Positions 21,384-31,778 of a stretch of 64,000 nucleotides of DNA are shown here, one piece after another; position 1 is the stretch's first letter, and every line of letters starts with the position of its first letter. The notes below the pieces were generated by a model. That model ran no database searches and was not told the origin of the DNA. It saw only the letters and a program-made list of their open reading frames with translations. This stretch comes from an uncultured Candidatus Rokubacteria bacterium (GTDB taxonomy: Bacteria; Methylomirabilota; Methylomirabilia; Rokubacteriales; DASRDR01), in assembly GCA_963805625.1 (NCBI GenBank), contig CAWDVE010000021.1:128001-192000 (forward strand), in the 5' to 3' direction. The translations under genes were made by a program, and so were the position numbers.

Positions 21384-22117
21384 CGGGACCGCCGGTGTGG
21401 GCGCCGCGCGCCGCGGGCCCGCCCGCCGGGCGGCGCCAGGAGCTGCCGGGCGAGCGGCAGATCCTCGGGGTGGGTGATCTTCAGGTTGCCGGGGAGCCCG
21501 GGAACGAGGCGGACGGGGGCGCCCAGCCGCTCGACCAGCGCAGCATCGTCCGTGCCGAGGATCCCGTCCGCCCTCGCCCGGCGGTGGGCTTCCCGCAGGA
21601 GCTCCGCCCGGAATCCCTGAGGGGTCTGGATCGTCCAGAGCCCGTCTCGCGGCACCGTCTCCTTCACCCACCCCTCGGCGCCCCGCTTTAGCGTCTCCGC
21701 GACGGGGAGGGCCGCGATCGCGGCCCCGTGGGTCCGCGTGGCCTCGACGACCCGGCGCACGAGCTCGGGTGTGATGCACGGGCGGGCGCCGTCGTGGACC
21801 AGGATCCACCGCGCCGCCGGGGGCACGGCCGCCAGGCCTCGCGCCACCGACTCCTGGCGCTCGGACCCGCCCGCCACCACGGCCCGGACTTTCCGGCACG
21901 CGCGCAAACGGCGGCGCCACGCCGCCACGTCCTCGGCGGGAACCGCCACCACGACGCCCTCGACCTCGCGGGTGGCCGCGAGGACGTCGAGGGTCCACCG
22001 AAGAACCGGGCGAACGCCCAGCCGGATGTCCTGCTTCTTCCGGCCCATGCGGATGCCTCGGCCGCCCGCCGGAACCACGACCCAGACGTCCGGTCCGCCA
22101 GATGCGGGCCGGGTCAC
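21380..22117 (-). CDS. ispD: 2-C-methyl-D-erythritol 4-phosphate cytidylyltransferase
   Basis: PAGGRGIRMG..KQ, GGSERQESV, LVHDGARP, QTPQGF, TDD, NLKIT. Confidence 0.94.
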   Translation of the reverse strand: MTRPASGGPDVWVVVPAGGRGIRMGRKKQDIRLGVRPVLRWTLDVLAATREVEGVVVAVPAEDVAAWRRRLRACRKVRAVVAGGSERQESVARGLAAVPPAARWILVHDGARPCITPELVRRVVEATRTHGAAIAALPVAETLKRGAEGWVKETVPRDGLWTIQTPQGFRAELLREAHRRARADGILGTDDAALVERLGAPVRLVPGLPGNLKITHPEDLPLARQLLAPPGGRARGARRPHRRSR

Positions 22118-23190
22118 CGGCGGCCCGCGGCCTCTTCCTCCGCGAGCCGGGTGAAGATCATGCGCCCGGCGGCGGTCTGGAGGACCGTGTTGACCATGAC
22201 GTTCACCGTCTGGCCAATGTGGCGGCGGCCCTGCTCGACGACCACCATCGTCCCGTCGTCGAGGTAGGCCACGCCCTGGCCGGCCTCCTTCCCCTCACGG
22301 AGCACGTGGACGTGCAGCATCTCTCCGGGGAGGACGACGGGGCGCAGAGCGCCGGCGAGCTCGTTGACGTTCAGGACCCGCACCCCGTGCAGCTCGGCGA
22401 CCTTGTTCAGGTTGTAGTCGTTGGTGACGATGACGCCCCCGACGGCGCGCGCCGTCTCGATGAGCCGTGCATCGACCTCCCGGATCTGCGGGAAGTCGAG
22501 GTTGTGTAGCTCGGTCTGGATGCCGGGCAGCCGCTGGAGGCGCTGGAGCACGTCGAGCCCTCGACGCCCGCGATTCCGTTTGAGAGGGTCGGAGGAGTCC
22601 GCGATCTGCTGGAGCTCCCGGAGCACGTATTGCGGGATCAGGAGCGTCCCTTCCAGGAACCCCGCCTGGCAGACGTCGGCGATGCGCCCGTCGATGATGA
22701 CGCTCGTATCCAGCACCTTGTAGCGCGCGTCGCCGCTGGTGGCGCCGGGGAACACGATGCGTGTGATGCCGCCGAGCTCCTCCTCGCGGCGGAGGACGAA
22801 GACGACCCCCATGTAGGCCAGGAGCAGCGAGAGGAAGCCCCGGCCGGCCGAGCTCCCCGCCGCCGGGAGAAACACGATCAGGGCCGAGGCCACGAGCTGG
22901 GCCAGTAGCACACCGCCAAGCGCGCCGATGGCCGCGAGGAACAGCCGCGGCATCGGCAGCCGCCGGGCCGCCTGCTCGAGCGCGACCACGGCCACACCGG
23001 CGAGCACGCCGCCCAGGACCGCCAGCGGCGCCCAAACGAACCACCGCGCGGGCGGCGCGAAGGATTCGACCAGGAGGTAGCCGCCCAGCCCCACCAGCGA
23101 CACGAAGATCACGCGGGCGACACTGATCGCCGAACTCGTGCTGCTCCGCCGCGCCCCCCCGCTCACGCTCGGTCCTCCGTCCCCCATCAT
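22114..23190 (-). CDS. Membrane PIN/TRAM domain protein (YacL-like)
   Basis: N-terminal TM helices, KVLDTSVIIDGRI, VTNDYNLNKVA, GVAYLDDGTMVVVE; between radA and ispD; start could be 23217. Confidence 0.9.
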   Translation of the reverse strand: MMGDGGPSVSGGARRSSTSSAISVARVIFVSLVGLGGYLLVESFAPPARWFVWAPLAVLGGVLAGVAVVALEQAARRLPMPRLFLAAIGALGGVLLAQLVASALIVFLPAAGSSAGRGFLSLLLAYMGVVFVLRREEELGGITRIVFPGATSGDARYKVLDTSVIIDGRIADVCQAGFLEGTLLIPQYVLRELQQIADSSDPLKRNRGRRGLDVLQRLQRLPGIQTELHNLDFPQIREVDARLIETARAVGGVIVTNDYNLNKVAELHGVRVLNVNELAGALRPVVLPGEMLHVHVLREGKEAGQGVAYLDDGTMVVVEQGRRHIGQTVNVMVNTVLQTAAGRMIFTRLAEEEAAGRR

Positions 23191-23213
23191 GCCCTCTGCA
23201 TCCTCCTGCCGCG

Positions 23214-24590
23214 TCATCCCACGAGGAGGCCGAGCGCCTCCTCCAGCGTCGTCACCCCGGTCGCCGTGATCGGGTACCGAGCCCCGGCGACCAGGCTCGA
23301 CCGCGGCACCACCGCCTGCGCAAAGCCCAGCGCCGCGGCCTCGCGGAGCCGGGTCTCGAGCCCTCCGATGGCCCGCACCTCGCCCGTGAGTCCCACCTCC
23401 CCCAGGACCACCACGTCCGGCGCCAGGGGCCGCTCCGCGTAGCTCGAGGCCGACGCCACCGCGATCGCCAGGTCCGCCGCGGGCTCCTGGCAGCGCGCGC
23501 CACCTGCCACGTTCACGAACACGTCCTGGTTCTGCAGCGGGATGCCAGCGCGCTTCTCCAGGATCGCCAGCAGCAGGCACACTCGATTGTAATCCGCGCC
23601 GAGTACGGTGCGGCGCGGCGTCCCGAAGTGGGCCGGCGTGACGAGCGCCTGCAATTCGAGGAGCAACGGTCGCGTGCCCTCGAGCGTGGCCATGATCACG
23701 GAGCCCGCCGCGCCGCGGGGGCGCTCGGCTAGGAACATCGCCGAGGGGTTCGCCACTTCCCGCAGTCCACCGTCGGTCATCTCGAAGACACCGATCTCGT
23801 TGGTCGAGCCGAACCGGTTCTTGACGGCCCGGAGGACCCGGTACGTCGCGTGCCGCTCGCCCTCGAAGTAGAGCACCGTGTCGACCAGGTGCTCGAGCAC
23901 GCGGGGGCCGGCCAGCGCGCCTTCCTTGGTGACGTGGCCGACCAGGAACACCGCGATGCCCTGACCCTTGGCCAGCCTCATGAGCCGCCCGCCGCACTCC
24001 CGCACCTGGCTCACGCTTCCCGGCGCCGACTCGAGATCCCCGAGGTACACGGTCTGGATCGAGTCGACGATCAGAGCCCGTGGCTCGGTCGCCGCCACGT
24101 GGGCCTCGATGGTCTCGAGCTGCGTCTCGGCCAGGATGAGGAGCTCCGACGCGGCCAGCCCGAGCCGCTCCGCCCGGAGCTTGACCTGGGCAGCCGACTC
24201 TTCACCCGACACGTAGAGGACCGGCCCCGCCGTCCCCGCGAGCGCAGCCGAGGCCTGGAGGAGGAGGGTCGACTTTCCGATCCCCGGGTCCCCGCCGATG
24301 AGGACCAGCGAGCCCGGCACGACGCCACCGCCGAGGACCCGATCCAGCTCGGTCACGCCCGAGTGGACGCGGGCGGCCCCCTCGGCCGACACGGCGGCCA
24401 GGGGGACGGGCGCAGCCGTGGGAACTGCTCCCCGGCCCGAGGGCGCGCGACGGCTACCGCCCGTCCCGCGGGGGACGCCTGTCCGCTCCTCGACGATCGT
24501 GTTGAACTCCCCGCAGTCGGGGCAGCGGCCATACCACTTGCCCGCCTGGAAGCCGCAAGCCTGGCAGCGGTAGACGGACACGGGCCTCAC
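23214..24590 (-). CDS. radA: DNA repair protein RadA/Sms
   Basis: C4 Zn finger CQAC..CPDC, GDPGIGKST, KNRFG, Lon-like C-terminus. Confidence 0.96.
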   Translation of the reverse strand: MRPVSVYRCQACGFQAGKWYGRCPDCGEFNTIVEERTGVPRGTGGSRRAPSGRGAVPTAAPVPLAAVSAEGAARVHSGVTELDRVLGGGVVPGSLVLIGGDPGIGKSTLLLQASAALAGTAGPVLYVSGEESAAQVKLRAERLGLAASELLILAETQLETIEAHVAATEPRALIVDSIQTVYLGDLESAPGSVSQVRECGGRLMRLAKGQGIAVFLVGHVTKEGALAGPRVLEHLVDTVLYFEGERHATYRVLRAVKNRFGSTNEIGVFEMTDGGLREVANPSAMFLAERPRGAAGSVIMATLEGTRPLLLELQALVTPAHFGTPRRTVLGADYNRVCLLLAILEKRAGIPLQNQDVFVNVAGGARCQEPAADLAIAVASASSYAERPLAPDVVVLGEVGLTGEVRAIGGLETRLREAAALGFAQAVVPRSSLVAGARYPITATGVTTLEEALGLLVG

Positions 24591-26089
24591 GGTCGTGGGG
24601 TCCCGGCGCCAGGGGGCGGCGCGGCGCCCGTGGCGGGCGTCCCACGGCCGATCGCGGCGCGGATGAGGGCGCGCAGGAGAAGACTTCGCTGAGCGCCTTC
24701 CAGGAACGCGGCGAGGTTCTCGTAGACCGTGGGATCCTGGACCAGTCCGCCCAGGGTGCCCTGGCCCGCCTCGATCCGTCCCGTGATGGCGCGGAGGTCG
24801 GCCATCGCCTGGCGGAGATCGGCCAGCGTCTCGCCGAGTTTCGCGTCGCCGCCGACTCCCTCGGTGAGCTGACCGAGGCGCGTCAGCGCCTGCGTCGCCT
24901 GTTTGATGCTCTCCTCTCCCCCGGGCTGCGTGAGCGCCCCGAGCACGCCCTCGCCCCGGACGAGCCGCCCCGTCACCTCGCGGAAGCCTCGCGCCGTCTC
25001 GCGGAGGTCCGCCGCGAGCGCCGGGTCCTCGAGCAGAGCGCGGAGCACGCTGTCGTCGGTGCGGGCACGCTCGACGGCCTGCGCGAGCCCGTCGGCCGCC
25101 GTCACCACCCGGCGCACGACGCGAGCCGCGTCCGGATCCCGGAGGAGGACGCCCAGCGCACCCTCGCCCCGCTCGACGCCGGTGAGCAGCGCGCCGGCCC
25201 GCGCGAGCACGCCCTCGAGATCCTTCAGGACCCGCCCCTCGTCGTACACGAGCGCGTGGAGAATCCCCCGGCCCTCCTCGACCTCGCGCAGGATGCGATT
25301 CACCCGCTCCGCGGCCGCCCGCGCCTCGGCAAGGGTCCGCTCCGCTTCGCCCGCCAGCCCGGCCGTCCGCGGATCGGCGAGCACACGGTCGATCCGGCGT
25401 ACGGTCTCGCCGACCTGCCGGAGCGTCTCGCCCGCGTCGGCGAGCGCCGTCCCGAGCTTCCGATCGTAGACGAGTCGGTGGAGGACTCCCTGCCCCCGCT
25501 CGATCTCGGTCGCGAGACTCCGGAGCGCCCGCACCGTCTCGGCGGCGTCGGCTCCGGCGGAGCTCGCGGTGATGCGCGAGAGGGTCGTCCGGAGCTCGGT
25601 CGAAAGCTCGACCAGGTTGCGGAGGAGCTCCGCCCCCTGCTGCGTGAGGTGCGCCGTATCGAACGGCTCCTCGGTCCGGAGCTCGCCGCCATCCTGGAGG
25701 ACCGCCGCCCCGGAACTTCCGAGGGTGACGTCGATGATCTTGTCCCCGAGGAGTCCCAGGGTCTCGATCCGGGCGAGGGAGTCGGCCCGGATCCGATCCT
25801 GCACGCGCCGGGCGATCAGGAGCTCCACCCGGACCTTGGCGCTGCCGGCCTCGGGCAGCCGGATCTCCCCGACGCGCCCCACCGGGACGCCGGCCAGCCG
25901 CACCGTCGCGCCCTGGATGAGCCCCCCGATCTGGCCGAAGCTCGCGACCAGCCGGTACTGCCGCTCGAAGAGACCGGCCGACCGGCCCAGCATGTAGACC
26001 AGCCCCGCGAAGACGAGGAGGCTCGCCAGGACGAACACGCCCACGCGGAGCTGGAGAGCGGTGCCCGATCCGGGCTGGGTCGCGTCCAT
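24587..26089 (-). CDS. MlaD/MCE family protein with a long helical domain
   Basis: N-terminal TM helix, MCE motif GGLIQGATVRLAGVPVGRV and GLLGDKIIDV; repeated GxGxLxxLxxD segments. Confidence 0.88.
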   Translation of the reverse strand: MDATQPGSGTALQLRVGVFVLASLLVFAGLVYMLGRSAGLFERQYRLVASFGQIGGLIQGATVRLAGVPVGRVGEIRLPEAGSAKVRVELLIARRVQDRIRADSLARIETLGLLGDKIIDVTLGSSGAAVLQDGGELRTEEPFDTAHLTQQGAELLRNLVELSTELRTTLSRITASSAGADAAETVRALRSLATEIERGQGVLHRLVYDRKLGTALADAGETLRQVGETVRRIDRVLADPRTAGLAGEAERTLAEARAAAERVNRILREVEEGRGILHALVYDEGRVLKDLEGVLARAGALLTGVERGEGALGVLLRDPDAARVVRRVVTAADGLAQAVERARTDDSVLRALLEDPALAADLRETARGFREVTGRLVRGEGVLGALTQPGGEESIKQATQALTRLGQLTEGVGGDAKLGETLADLRQAMADLRAITGRIEAGQGTLGGLVQDPTVYENLAAFLEGAQRSLLLRALIRAAIGRGTPATGAAPPPGAGTPRP

Positions 26090-26091
26090 GC

Positions 26092-26919
26092 TCAGCGGGC
26101 CTCGCCCGCCAGGAAGGCCTGGACCGCCGGTTGCGCCGAATGGCTCAGCGCCTCGGCGGGCCCGATCTCGGCGATCCGGCCGTCGATGAGGACGGCGACC
26201 AGATCCGACACGCTGCGCGCGAACTCGAGGTCGTGAGTCACGACCATCGCGGTCTCGGACGCGCCCTCCGCCCTGAGGCTCTCGACGAGCTCGGTGATGA
26301 GCCGGGCGTTCGTCGGGTCGAGCCCGGCCGTCGGCTCGTCGTAGAGGACCAGCTCCGGGCCGAGCACGAGCGCCCGCGCGATCCCCACGCGTTTGCGCAT
26401 GCCCCCCGACAGCTCGGCGGGCAGCTTGGCGTCGACGTCATGGAGGCCTACCCGCGCCAGGAGGCGATGCACCCGCTCGGCGACCTCGGGCTCCGGCAGG
26501 CTCGCGTGCTCGCGGAGGGGATAGGCGACGTTCTCGTAGACGGTCAGGGAGTCGAACAGGGCGGCGCCCTGGAAGACGAAACCCATGCGCCGGCGCACGG
26601 GCAGCAGCGCCTCCTCACGGAGCGGCGTGATGTCCACGCCGAGGGTCAGGACCCGCCCGCGATCGGGTTTGATCAGACCCGCGGTCAGCCGGAGGAGCAC
26701 GGTCTTCCCCGATCCGCTGCCGCCCATCACGGTGACCGTGCCGCCGCGGGGGATCTCGAGATCGAGGCCCCGGAGGACGGGCACCGCGTTGAAGGCCTTC
26801 CAGATCCCCTCGAGCTGCACGGCCGGCTCCGCGGGAGCGCGCGGCGCCGCGTCGGGCGCCTTCGCGCCCTCGCCCGGCGGGTCGTGGTCCGGCCGCTCGA
26901 GCTGCCCGCTCGCTCTCAT
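26092..26919 (-). CDS. MlaF-type ABC ATPase
   Basis: GGSGSGKT, FQGAALFDSLTVYENV, LSGGMRKRV, YDEPTAGLDP; ATGA overlap with mlaE. Confidence 0.9.
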   Translation of the reverse strand: MRASGQLERPDHDPPGEGAKAPDAAPRAPAEPAVQLEGIWKAFNAVPVLRGLDLEIPRGGTVTVMGGSGSGKTVLLRLTAGLIKPDRGRVLTLGVDITPLREEALLPVRRRMGFVFQGAALFDSLTVYENVAYPLREHASLPEPEVAERVHRLLARVGLHDVDAKLPAELSGGMRKRVGIARALVLGPELVLYDEPTAGLDPTNARLITELVESLRAEGASETAMVVTHDLEFARSVSDLVAVLIDGRIAEIGPAEALSHSAQPAVQAFLAGEAR

Positions 26920-27692
26920 AGCAGCAGGAAGAGCTTCGTGAGGAAGAAGTCGGCGATGATGACGGCAATCGAGACCTGCACCACGGTGGCCGTCGTTGCA
27001 CGCCCCAGCCCCTCGGTCCCCCCGGTCATGGCGAGCCCGTTGTGCGCCCCGATGAGCGTGACGATCACGCCGAAGAAGAAGCTCTTGCCCACGCCGGTGA
27101 CGAGGTCGCGGATCACGACCCAGTAAAAGATCGTGTTCCAGTAGAGGTACACGTCGATCCGACGCTCGTAGACCGCGATCAGCATGCCCCCCACCAGCGC
27201 GATGAAGTCGGCGAGACTCGTCAGCAGCGGGAAGACGAGCAGGGCAGCCATCACGCGTGGCACGATCAAGCGCTTGACGTAGTTCACGCCGATCGCCCGG
27301 AGCGCATCGATCTGCTCCGTCACCTTCATCGAGCCCAGCTCGGCCGTGATTCCCGAGGCGACCTTCCCCCCGACCAGGATCGCAGTGAGGACCGGTCCCA
27401 GCTCGCGCAGGACGGACAGCCCGACGAGCGGGCCCACGTAGAGATCCGCACCGAAGCGCGAGAGGTAGACGGACGACTGGAGCGCGAACACCATGCCCGT
27501 GAAGATCGCCGCCGTGCCCGCGACGACGAGCGAGCGGACGCCCATGCCGTCGAACTCGGCGATGACGAGCGGCACGTAGCGGCGCGGAAGCCAGCCGTTC
27601 CGCAGGACCTCCCAGGTGAGGAGGGCGAGACCGCCCCAGTACGCCGCGACGTGCCGGGCGCGGGGCCCGACGAGCCGCCAGCTCGCGGTCAT
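26916..27692 (-). CDS. MlaE-type ABC permease
   Basis: RELGPVLTA, AELGSMKVTEQIDAL, GLGRATT. Confidence 0.92.
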   Translation of the reverse strand: MTASWRLVGPRARHVAAYWGGLALLTWEVLRNGWLPRRYVPLVIAEFDGMGVRSLVVAGTAAIFTGMVFALQSSVYLSRFGADLYVGPLVGLSVLRELGPVLTAILVGGKVASGITAELGSMKVTEQIDALRAIGVNYVKRLIVPRVMAALLVFPLLTSLADFIALVGGMLIAVYERRIDVYLYWNTIFYWVVIRDLVTGVGKSFFFGVIVTLIGAHNGLAMTGGTEGLGRATTATVVQVSIAVIIADFFLTKLFLLL

Positions 27693-28195
27693 CGTGACGC
27701 CCCCGTGAGGGCGAAGCTCCCCGCGAAGCGCTCGAAGTCCGGGACAAGCGCCCCGAGCGCGTCGGGAGGGGCCACGCCGACGAGGTCGTAGACGCAGCCG
27801 GCCCCCCGGAGCGTCACCGCCCGCACCGCGACCGGTACGCCGTCGAGCGTGGCGCGGAAGCGCTGGGCCGCGCCGGGAAGCCCCCCGAGCGTCACGGGGG
27901 TCTCGACGAGGCCCTGGACGTCCCTGAGGCCGAACCGGAGGTGCCGGACGAGCACCGGGAGCGAGCGCGCCGGGGGCTTGCCTTCGCAGGTGGCGTGAGC
28001 CATCAGTCCGGCCGCGGCGTCCGTGCGCCGGAGCGCCAGGTCCGCTTCGCTTTCGATCCGTGTCCAGCCATCCGGGGCGCCCACGCGATACCCCTTCCGT
28101 GCGACCAGGTAGCTCCCGTCCTGAAGACGTACCCCGCCGCACCCTGCAAGCCCGGTGAGCAGAGCCGCCACCGCTAACAGCCTCCGGAGCCACAC
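27689..28195 (-). CDS. Hypothetical lipoprotein
   Basis: Signal peptide with lipobox LAGC; ATGA overlap with mlaE. Confidence 0.7.
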   Translation of the reverse strand: MWLRRLLAVAALLTGLAGCGGVRLQDGSYLVARKGYRVGAPDGWTRIESEADLALRRTDAAAGLMAHATCEGKPPARSLPVLVRHLRFGLRDVQGLVETPVTLGGLPGAAQRFRATLDGVPVAVRAVTLRGAGCVYDLVGVAPPDALGALVPDFERFAGSFALTGASR

Positions 28196-28216
28196 GCCCC
28201 GGCGCCCTGGTATCGC

Positions 28217-28918
28217 TCAGTCCTCCTGGAAGGGCGCGGTCGCGATGTCACGCGGCGGCGGCCCGCCGCCCGGGCGGTGCCGGCGGCCCAGCTCCGCGAA
28301 CACGTGGCGCGCCGAGAGACCCCGTGCCCCCATCAGCACGAGCGTGTGGAACCAGAGGTCGGCCACTTCGGCGATGAGCCGCTCGGAGCCTTCCGCGAGG
28401 GCCGCGACCATGACCTCGGCCGCCTCCTCCCCGACCTTCTGCGCGATCCGGGCGTCACCCCCGGCGAGGAGCCCCGACACGTACGAGCCCTCGCGCGGCG
28501 CCACTCGCCGCGATTGGATGAGGCGCTCGACCGCGTCGAGGATCCCCGGGCCTGCGCCGGGCGCGCCGGCTGGATCCACCCCGGACTCCGCCGGCCGGTC
28601 GAGGCGGGCGAAGAAGCACGTGCGGCTCCCCGTGTGGCAGGCGACCCCTTCCTGGTGCGCGAGGATAAGCAGCGTGTCCGCGTCGCAGTCTGCATAGACC
28701 CCGTCGACGTGCTGGCGGTGGCCCGACGTCTCGCCCTTCTGCCACAGCGCGCGCCGCGACCGGGACCAGAAGTGAGTCAACCGGGTCGCGAGCGTGCGCT
28801 CGAGGGCCTCCGCGTTCATCCACGCGACCATCAGGACCTCGCCGGTCGCCGCTTCCTGGACCACGGCCGGGATGAGGCCGTTCGCGTCGAAATGAAGCCC
28901 CGGCGAGGCGGCCGTCAC
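28217..28918 (-). CDS. hisIE: Bifunctional PR-AMP cyclohydrolase / PR-ATP pyrophosphatase
   Basis: [41 protein letters not shown]. Confidence 0.95.
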   Translation of the reverse strand: MTAASPGLHFDANGLIPAVVQEAATGEVLMVAWMNAEALERTLATRLTHFWSRSRRALWQKGETSGHRQHVDGVYADCDADTLLILAHQEGVACHTGSRTCFFARLDRPAESGVDPAGAPGAGPGILDAVERLIQSRRVAPREGSYVSGLLAGGDARIAQKVGEEAAEVMVAALAEGSERLIAEVADLWFHTLVLMGARGLSARHVFAELGRRHRPGGGPPPRDIATAPFQED

Positions 28919-29697
28919 GCCGGAATCTCCTCGAGACGGATCGGCACACCGCGGGCCCGGAGGTAGCGTTTGGCCTCCGGCACGGTGTGCTCGCCGAAGT
29001 GGAAGATCGAGGCCGCGAGCACGGCGTCGGCCTTGCCCAGAACAAGGCCGTCGTGAAGGTGAGCGAGCGTCCCGACCCCGCCCGAGGCGATCACCGGGAC
29101 CGAGACGGCCTCGGCGATCGCCCGCGTCAACTCGAGGTCGTACCCGTCCCGCGTCCCGTCCCGGTCCATGCTGGTAAGCAGGATCTCGCCCGCCCCCAGG
29201 TCCACGGCCTCGCGAGCCCAGGCGACCGCGTCCCGGCCCGTGGATCGCCGGCCGCCGTGAGTGTAGACCTCGAACGTCGTGTCCGGCGCTGTCGCACGCC
29301 GCTTGGCGTCGATCGCGATCACGATGCACTGGCTGCCGAAGCGCACCGCCGCGTCGCGGATCAGCTCGGGCCTCGCCACGGCCGCCGTGTTGAGGGACAC
29401 CTTGTCGGCGCCGGCACGGAGCAGCGTCCGCACGTCCTCCAGGCTCCCGAGCCCGCCGCCGACGGTCAGCGGCAGGTACACGGCCTCCGCCGTCCGTCGC
29501 ACGACGTCGAGCATCGTGGCGCGCCCCTCGTGGGACGCCGCGATGTCCAGGAACACCAGCTCGTCCGCGCCCTGCCGGTCGTAGGCGATCGCGGCCTCGA
29601 CCGGGTCGCCCGCGTCGGCGAGGTCGAGGAACCGCACCCCTTTAACGACCCGGCCGTCCTTGACGTCGAGGCACGGGATCACGCGCCGGGCCAGCAT
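28915..29697 (-). CDS. hisF: Imidazole glycerol phosphate synthase cyclase subunit
   Basis: [28 protein letters not shown]. Confidence 0.96.
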   Translation of the reverse strand: MLARRVIPCLDVKDGRVVKGVRFLDLADAGDPVEAAIAYDRQGADELVFLDIAASHEGRATMLDVVRRTAEAVYLPLTVGGGLGSLEDVRTLLRAGADKVSLNTAAVARPELIRDAAVRFGSQCIVIAIDAKRRATAPDTTFEVYTHGGRRSTGRDAVAWAREAVDLGAGEILLTSMDRDGTRDGYDLELTRAIAEAVSVPVIASGGVGTLAHLHDGLVLGKADAVLAASIFHFGEHTVPEAKRYLRARGVPIRLEEIPA

Positions 29698-29702
29698 CGC
29701 CG

Positions 29703-30425
29703 TCAGGCCGCCACCGCGGCGATCGCTGCGCCGAGGTCGACGGCGCCCGTGTAGAGGGCCCGGCCAACGATGGCGCCGGCCACGTTCGGAATAGCCGCGA
29801 GGCGAACGAGGTCGTCGACCCTGGCAATCCCCCCCGACGCGATGACGGGCACGGACGCGCCCGCCGCGAGCGCCGCCGTGGCCTCGAGGTTCGGGCCGCG
29901 GGCCGTCCCGTCCCGGCGAACGTCGGTGTAGATCGCGCCCACCGCGCCGGCGGCTGCCGCGCGGCTGACCAGCTCATGCGCCGTGAGCGGAAGCACGTCG
30001 GTCCACCCGCGCACCGCCACCCGTCCGTCGACCGCGTCCACCCCAACGAGGATCCGGCCCGGCCATCTCTCGCACGCGGCCTCGAGCACGGCCGGCTCGA
30101 GCGCCGCCGCCGTCCCGAGAACGGCCCAGCGGGCCCCGGTGCCGAGCGCTGCCTCGAGGGTGGTGAGGTCGCGCAGGCCACCCCCCACCTCGACGGGCAC
30201 GGCCGGGACCGCCTCCACCATCGCGCGGATCAGGGCGGCGTGGCGGGGCACCCCGTCGAACGCGCCGTCCAGGTCCACCACGTGGAGCCGCCGCGCTCCG
30301 CGCTCAGCCCACCGGCGCGCCATCGCCACCGGGTCGTCGCCGAAGACCGTGGCGCTGTCGGCCCGGCCCTCGACCAGCCGGACACAGCGGCCTCCCTGGA
30401 GGTCGATCGCGGGGATGACGATCAC
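29703..30425 (-). CDS. hisA: ProFAR isomerase
   Basis: [32 protein letters not shown]. Confidence 0.96.
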   Translation of the reverse strand: MIVIPAIDLQGGRCVRLVEGRADSATVFGDDPVAMARRWAERGARRLHVVDLDGAFDGVPRHAALIRAMVEAVPAVPVEVGGGLRDLTTLEAALGTGARWAVLGTAAALEPAVLEAACERWPGRILVGVDAVDGRVAVRGWTDVLPLTAHELVSRAAAAGAVGAIYTDVRRDGTARGPNLEATAALAAGASVPVIASGGIARVDDLVRLAAIPNVAGAIVGRALYTGAVDLGAAIAAVAA

Positions 30426-31060
30426 GCGCGCACCGTCTCCGCACCGCCCGCAAGCCGGGCGAAGTTCGCGAGCAGCCGGAGCCCCCAGCCCTGGCTCTTC
30501 TCCGGATGGAACTGGGTGCCGTACAGCCGGTCGCGCACGACCAGAGCCGGGAAGCGGAGCCCGTACTCGCAGTGGGCCGCCTGCACGCCCTCCGCGTGGA
30601 GCGCGGCCGACACCTCGGGGTAGTACGAATGCACGAAGTAGAAGTACGCACCCGCCGGGATCCCGGCGAGGAGCGGCAGGGTCCCGTCGTGCCAGAGCTG
30701 GTTCCAGCCCATGTGGGGCACCTTGAGCCCGGGCGGGAAGCGGCGCACGACCCCAGGCAGAACGTCGAGACCCTTGGCGTGGCCGAACTCCTCGCTCTCA
30801 GTGAACAGGAGCTGGTAACCGAGGCAGATGCCGAGATAGGGGCGGCCGGCCGCGATGTGGGCGCGGATCGGCTCGGCAAGTCCCAGGCGCTCGAGGCTCC
30901 CCATGGCATCCGCGAAGGCACCATCCCCGGGGACGACCAGCGCGCGAGCGCGCGCCACCGTCCGGGCATCGTCGGTGACGACGACCTCGGGCGCGAGCTC
31001 GGCCAGCGCCTTCCGGACGCTCCCGAGGTTGCCTCGGCCGTAATCGACGATGGCGATCAC
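30422..31060 (-). CDS. hisH: IGP synthase glutamine amidotransferase subunit
   Basis: DYGRGNL, GICLGYQ, PHMGWN, YFVHSY, QFHPEKS. Confidence 0.96.
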   Translation of the reverse strand: MIAIVDYGRGNLGSVRKALAELAPEVVVTDDARTVARARALVVPGDGAFADAMGSLERLGLAEPIRAHIAAGRPYLGICLGYQLLFTESEEFGHAKGLDVLPGVVRRFPPGLKVPHMGWNQLWHDGTLPLLAGIPAGAYFYFVHSYYPEVSAALHAEGVQAAHCEYGLRFPALVVRDRLYGTQFHPEKSQGWGLRLLANFARLAGGAETVRA

Positions 31061-31776
31061 AAGGCGCCCTTCGTGGAGAGCACGCCCTCGATGCGGGGGT
31101 TCATGCGCGAGGCCTCGGCGAGGGCACGTCCGAACGCCTTGAACAGCGCCTCGGCGATGTGGTGAAGGTTCTCCCCGTAGTGGAGGTTGACGTGAAGGTT
31201 CAGCATCGCGTTCATCGCGAACGCACGGAAGAAGTCCTTCAAGAGGTCGAGGTCGAAGTTCCCCACCCGCGTCTTGGCGAACGGCACGTTGTAGGAAAAG
31301 TAGGGCCGCCCCGAGACGTCCACGTGGACGGAAGCCAGGGCTTCGTCCATCGGGACGTAGGCCGTCCCGAATCGAACGATCCCCCGCTTGTCTCCGAGCG
31401 CCTCGTGGAAGGCCTTCCCGAGACAGATCCCCACGTCCTCCACCGTGTGGTGGAGGTCCACCTCCGTGTCGCCCCGGGCACTCACCCGGAGGTCGAGCAA
31501 CCCGTGCTTCCCCGCCGCCTCGAGCATGTGGTTGAAGAACGGGATCGTGGTGTCGATCGTCATCTCGCCGCGCCCGTCGACGTTCAGCTGGAGGAGGATC
31601 TCGGTTTCCCGCGTCCGCCGCTCGATCCGCGCCACACGGCCGGCCGCCGGCACACCGCCGTTGCCGGCCGGCACCGACTCGATCGCCCCCGCGATTCCCA
31701 CCACCGGGGACTCCGCGTTAGCCGCCCCGTTCCCCGGTCTCGGTCCACGTCCGTATCGCCGCCGTCGTCGTGCCAT
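31057..31776 (-). CDS. hisB: Imidazoleglycerol-phosphate dehydratase (monofunctional) with N-terminal extension
   Basis: RRTRET, FFNHML, HHTVED, PMDE, NLHHIAEALFKA, STKG; start chosen by SD GAGGAG. Confidence 0.93.
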   Translation of the reverse strand: MARRRRRYGRGPRPGNGAANAESPVVGIAGAIESVPAGNGGVPAAGRVARIERRTRETEILLQLNVDGRGEMTIDTTIPFFNHMLEAAGKHGLLDLRVSARGDTEVDLHHTVEDVGICLGKAFHEALGDKRGIVRFGTAYVPMDEALASVHVDVSGRPYFSYNVPFAKTRVGNFDLDLLKDFFRAFAMNAMLNLHVNLHYGENLHHIAEALFKAFGRALAEASRMNPRIEGVLSTKGAL

Positions 31777-31778
31777 GC

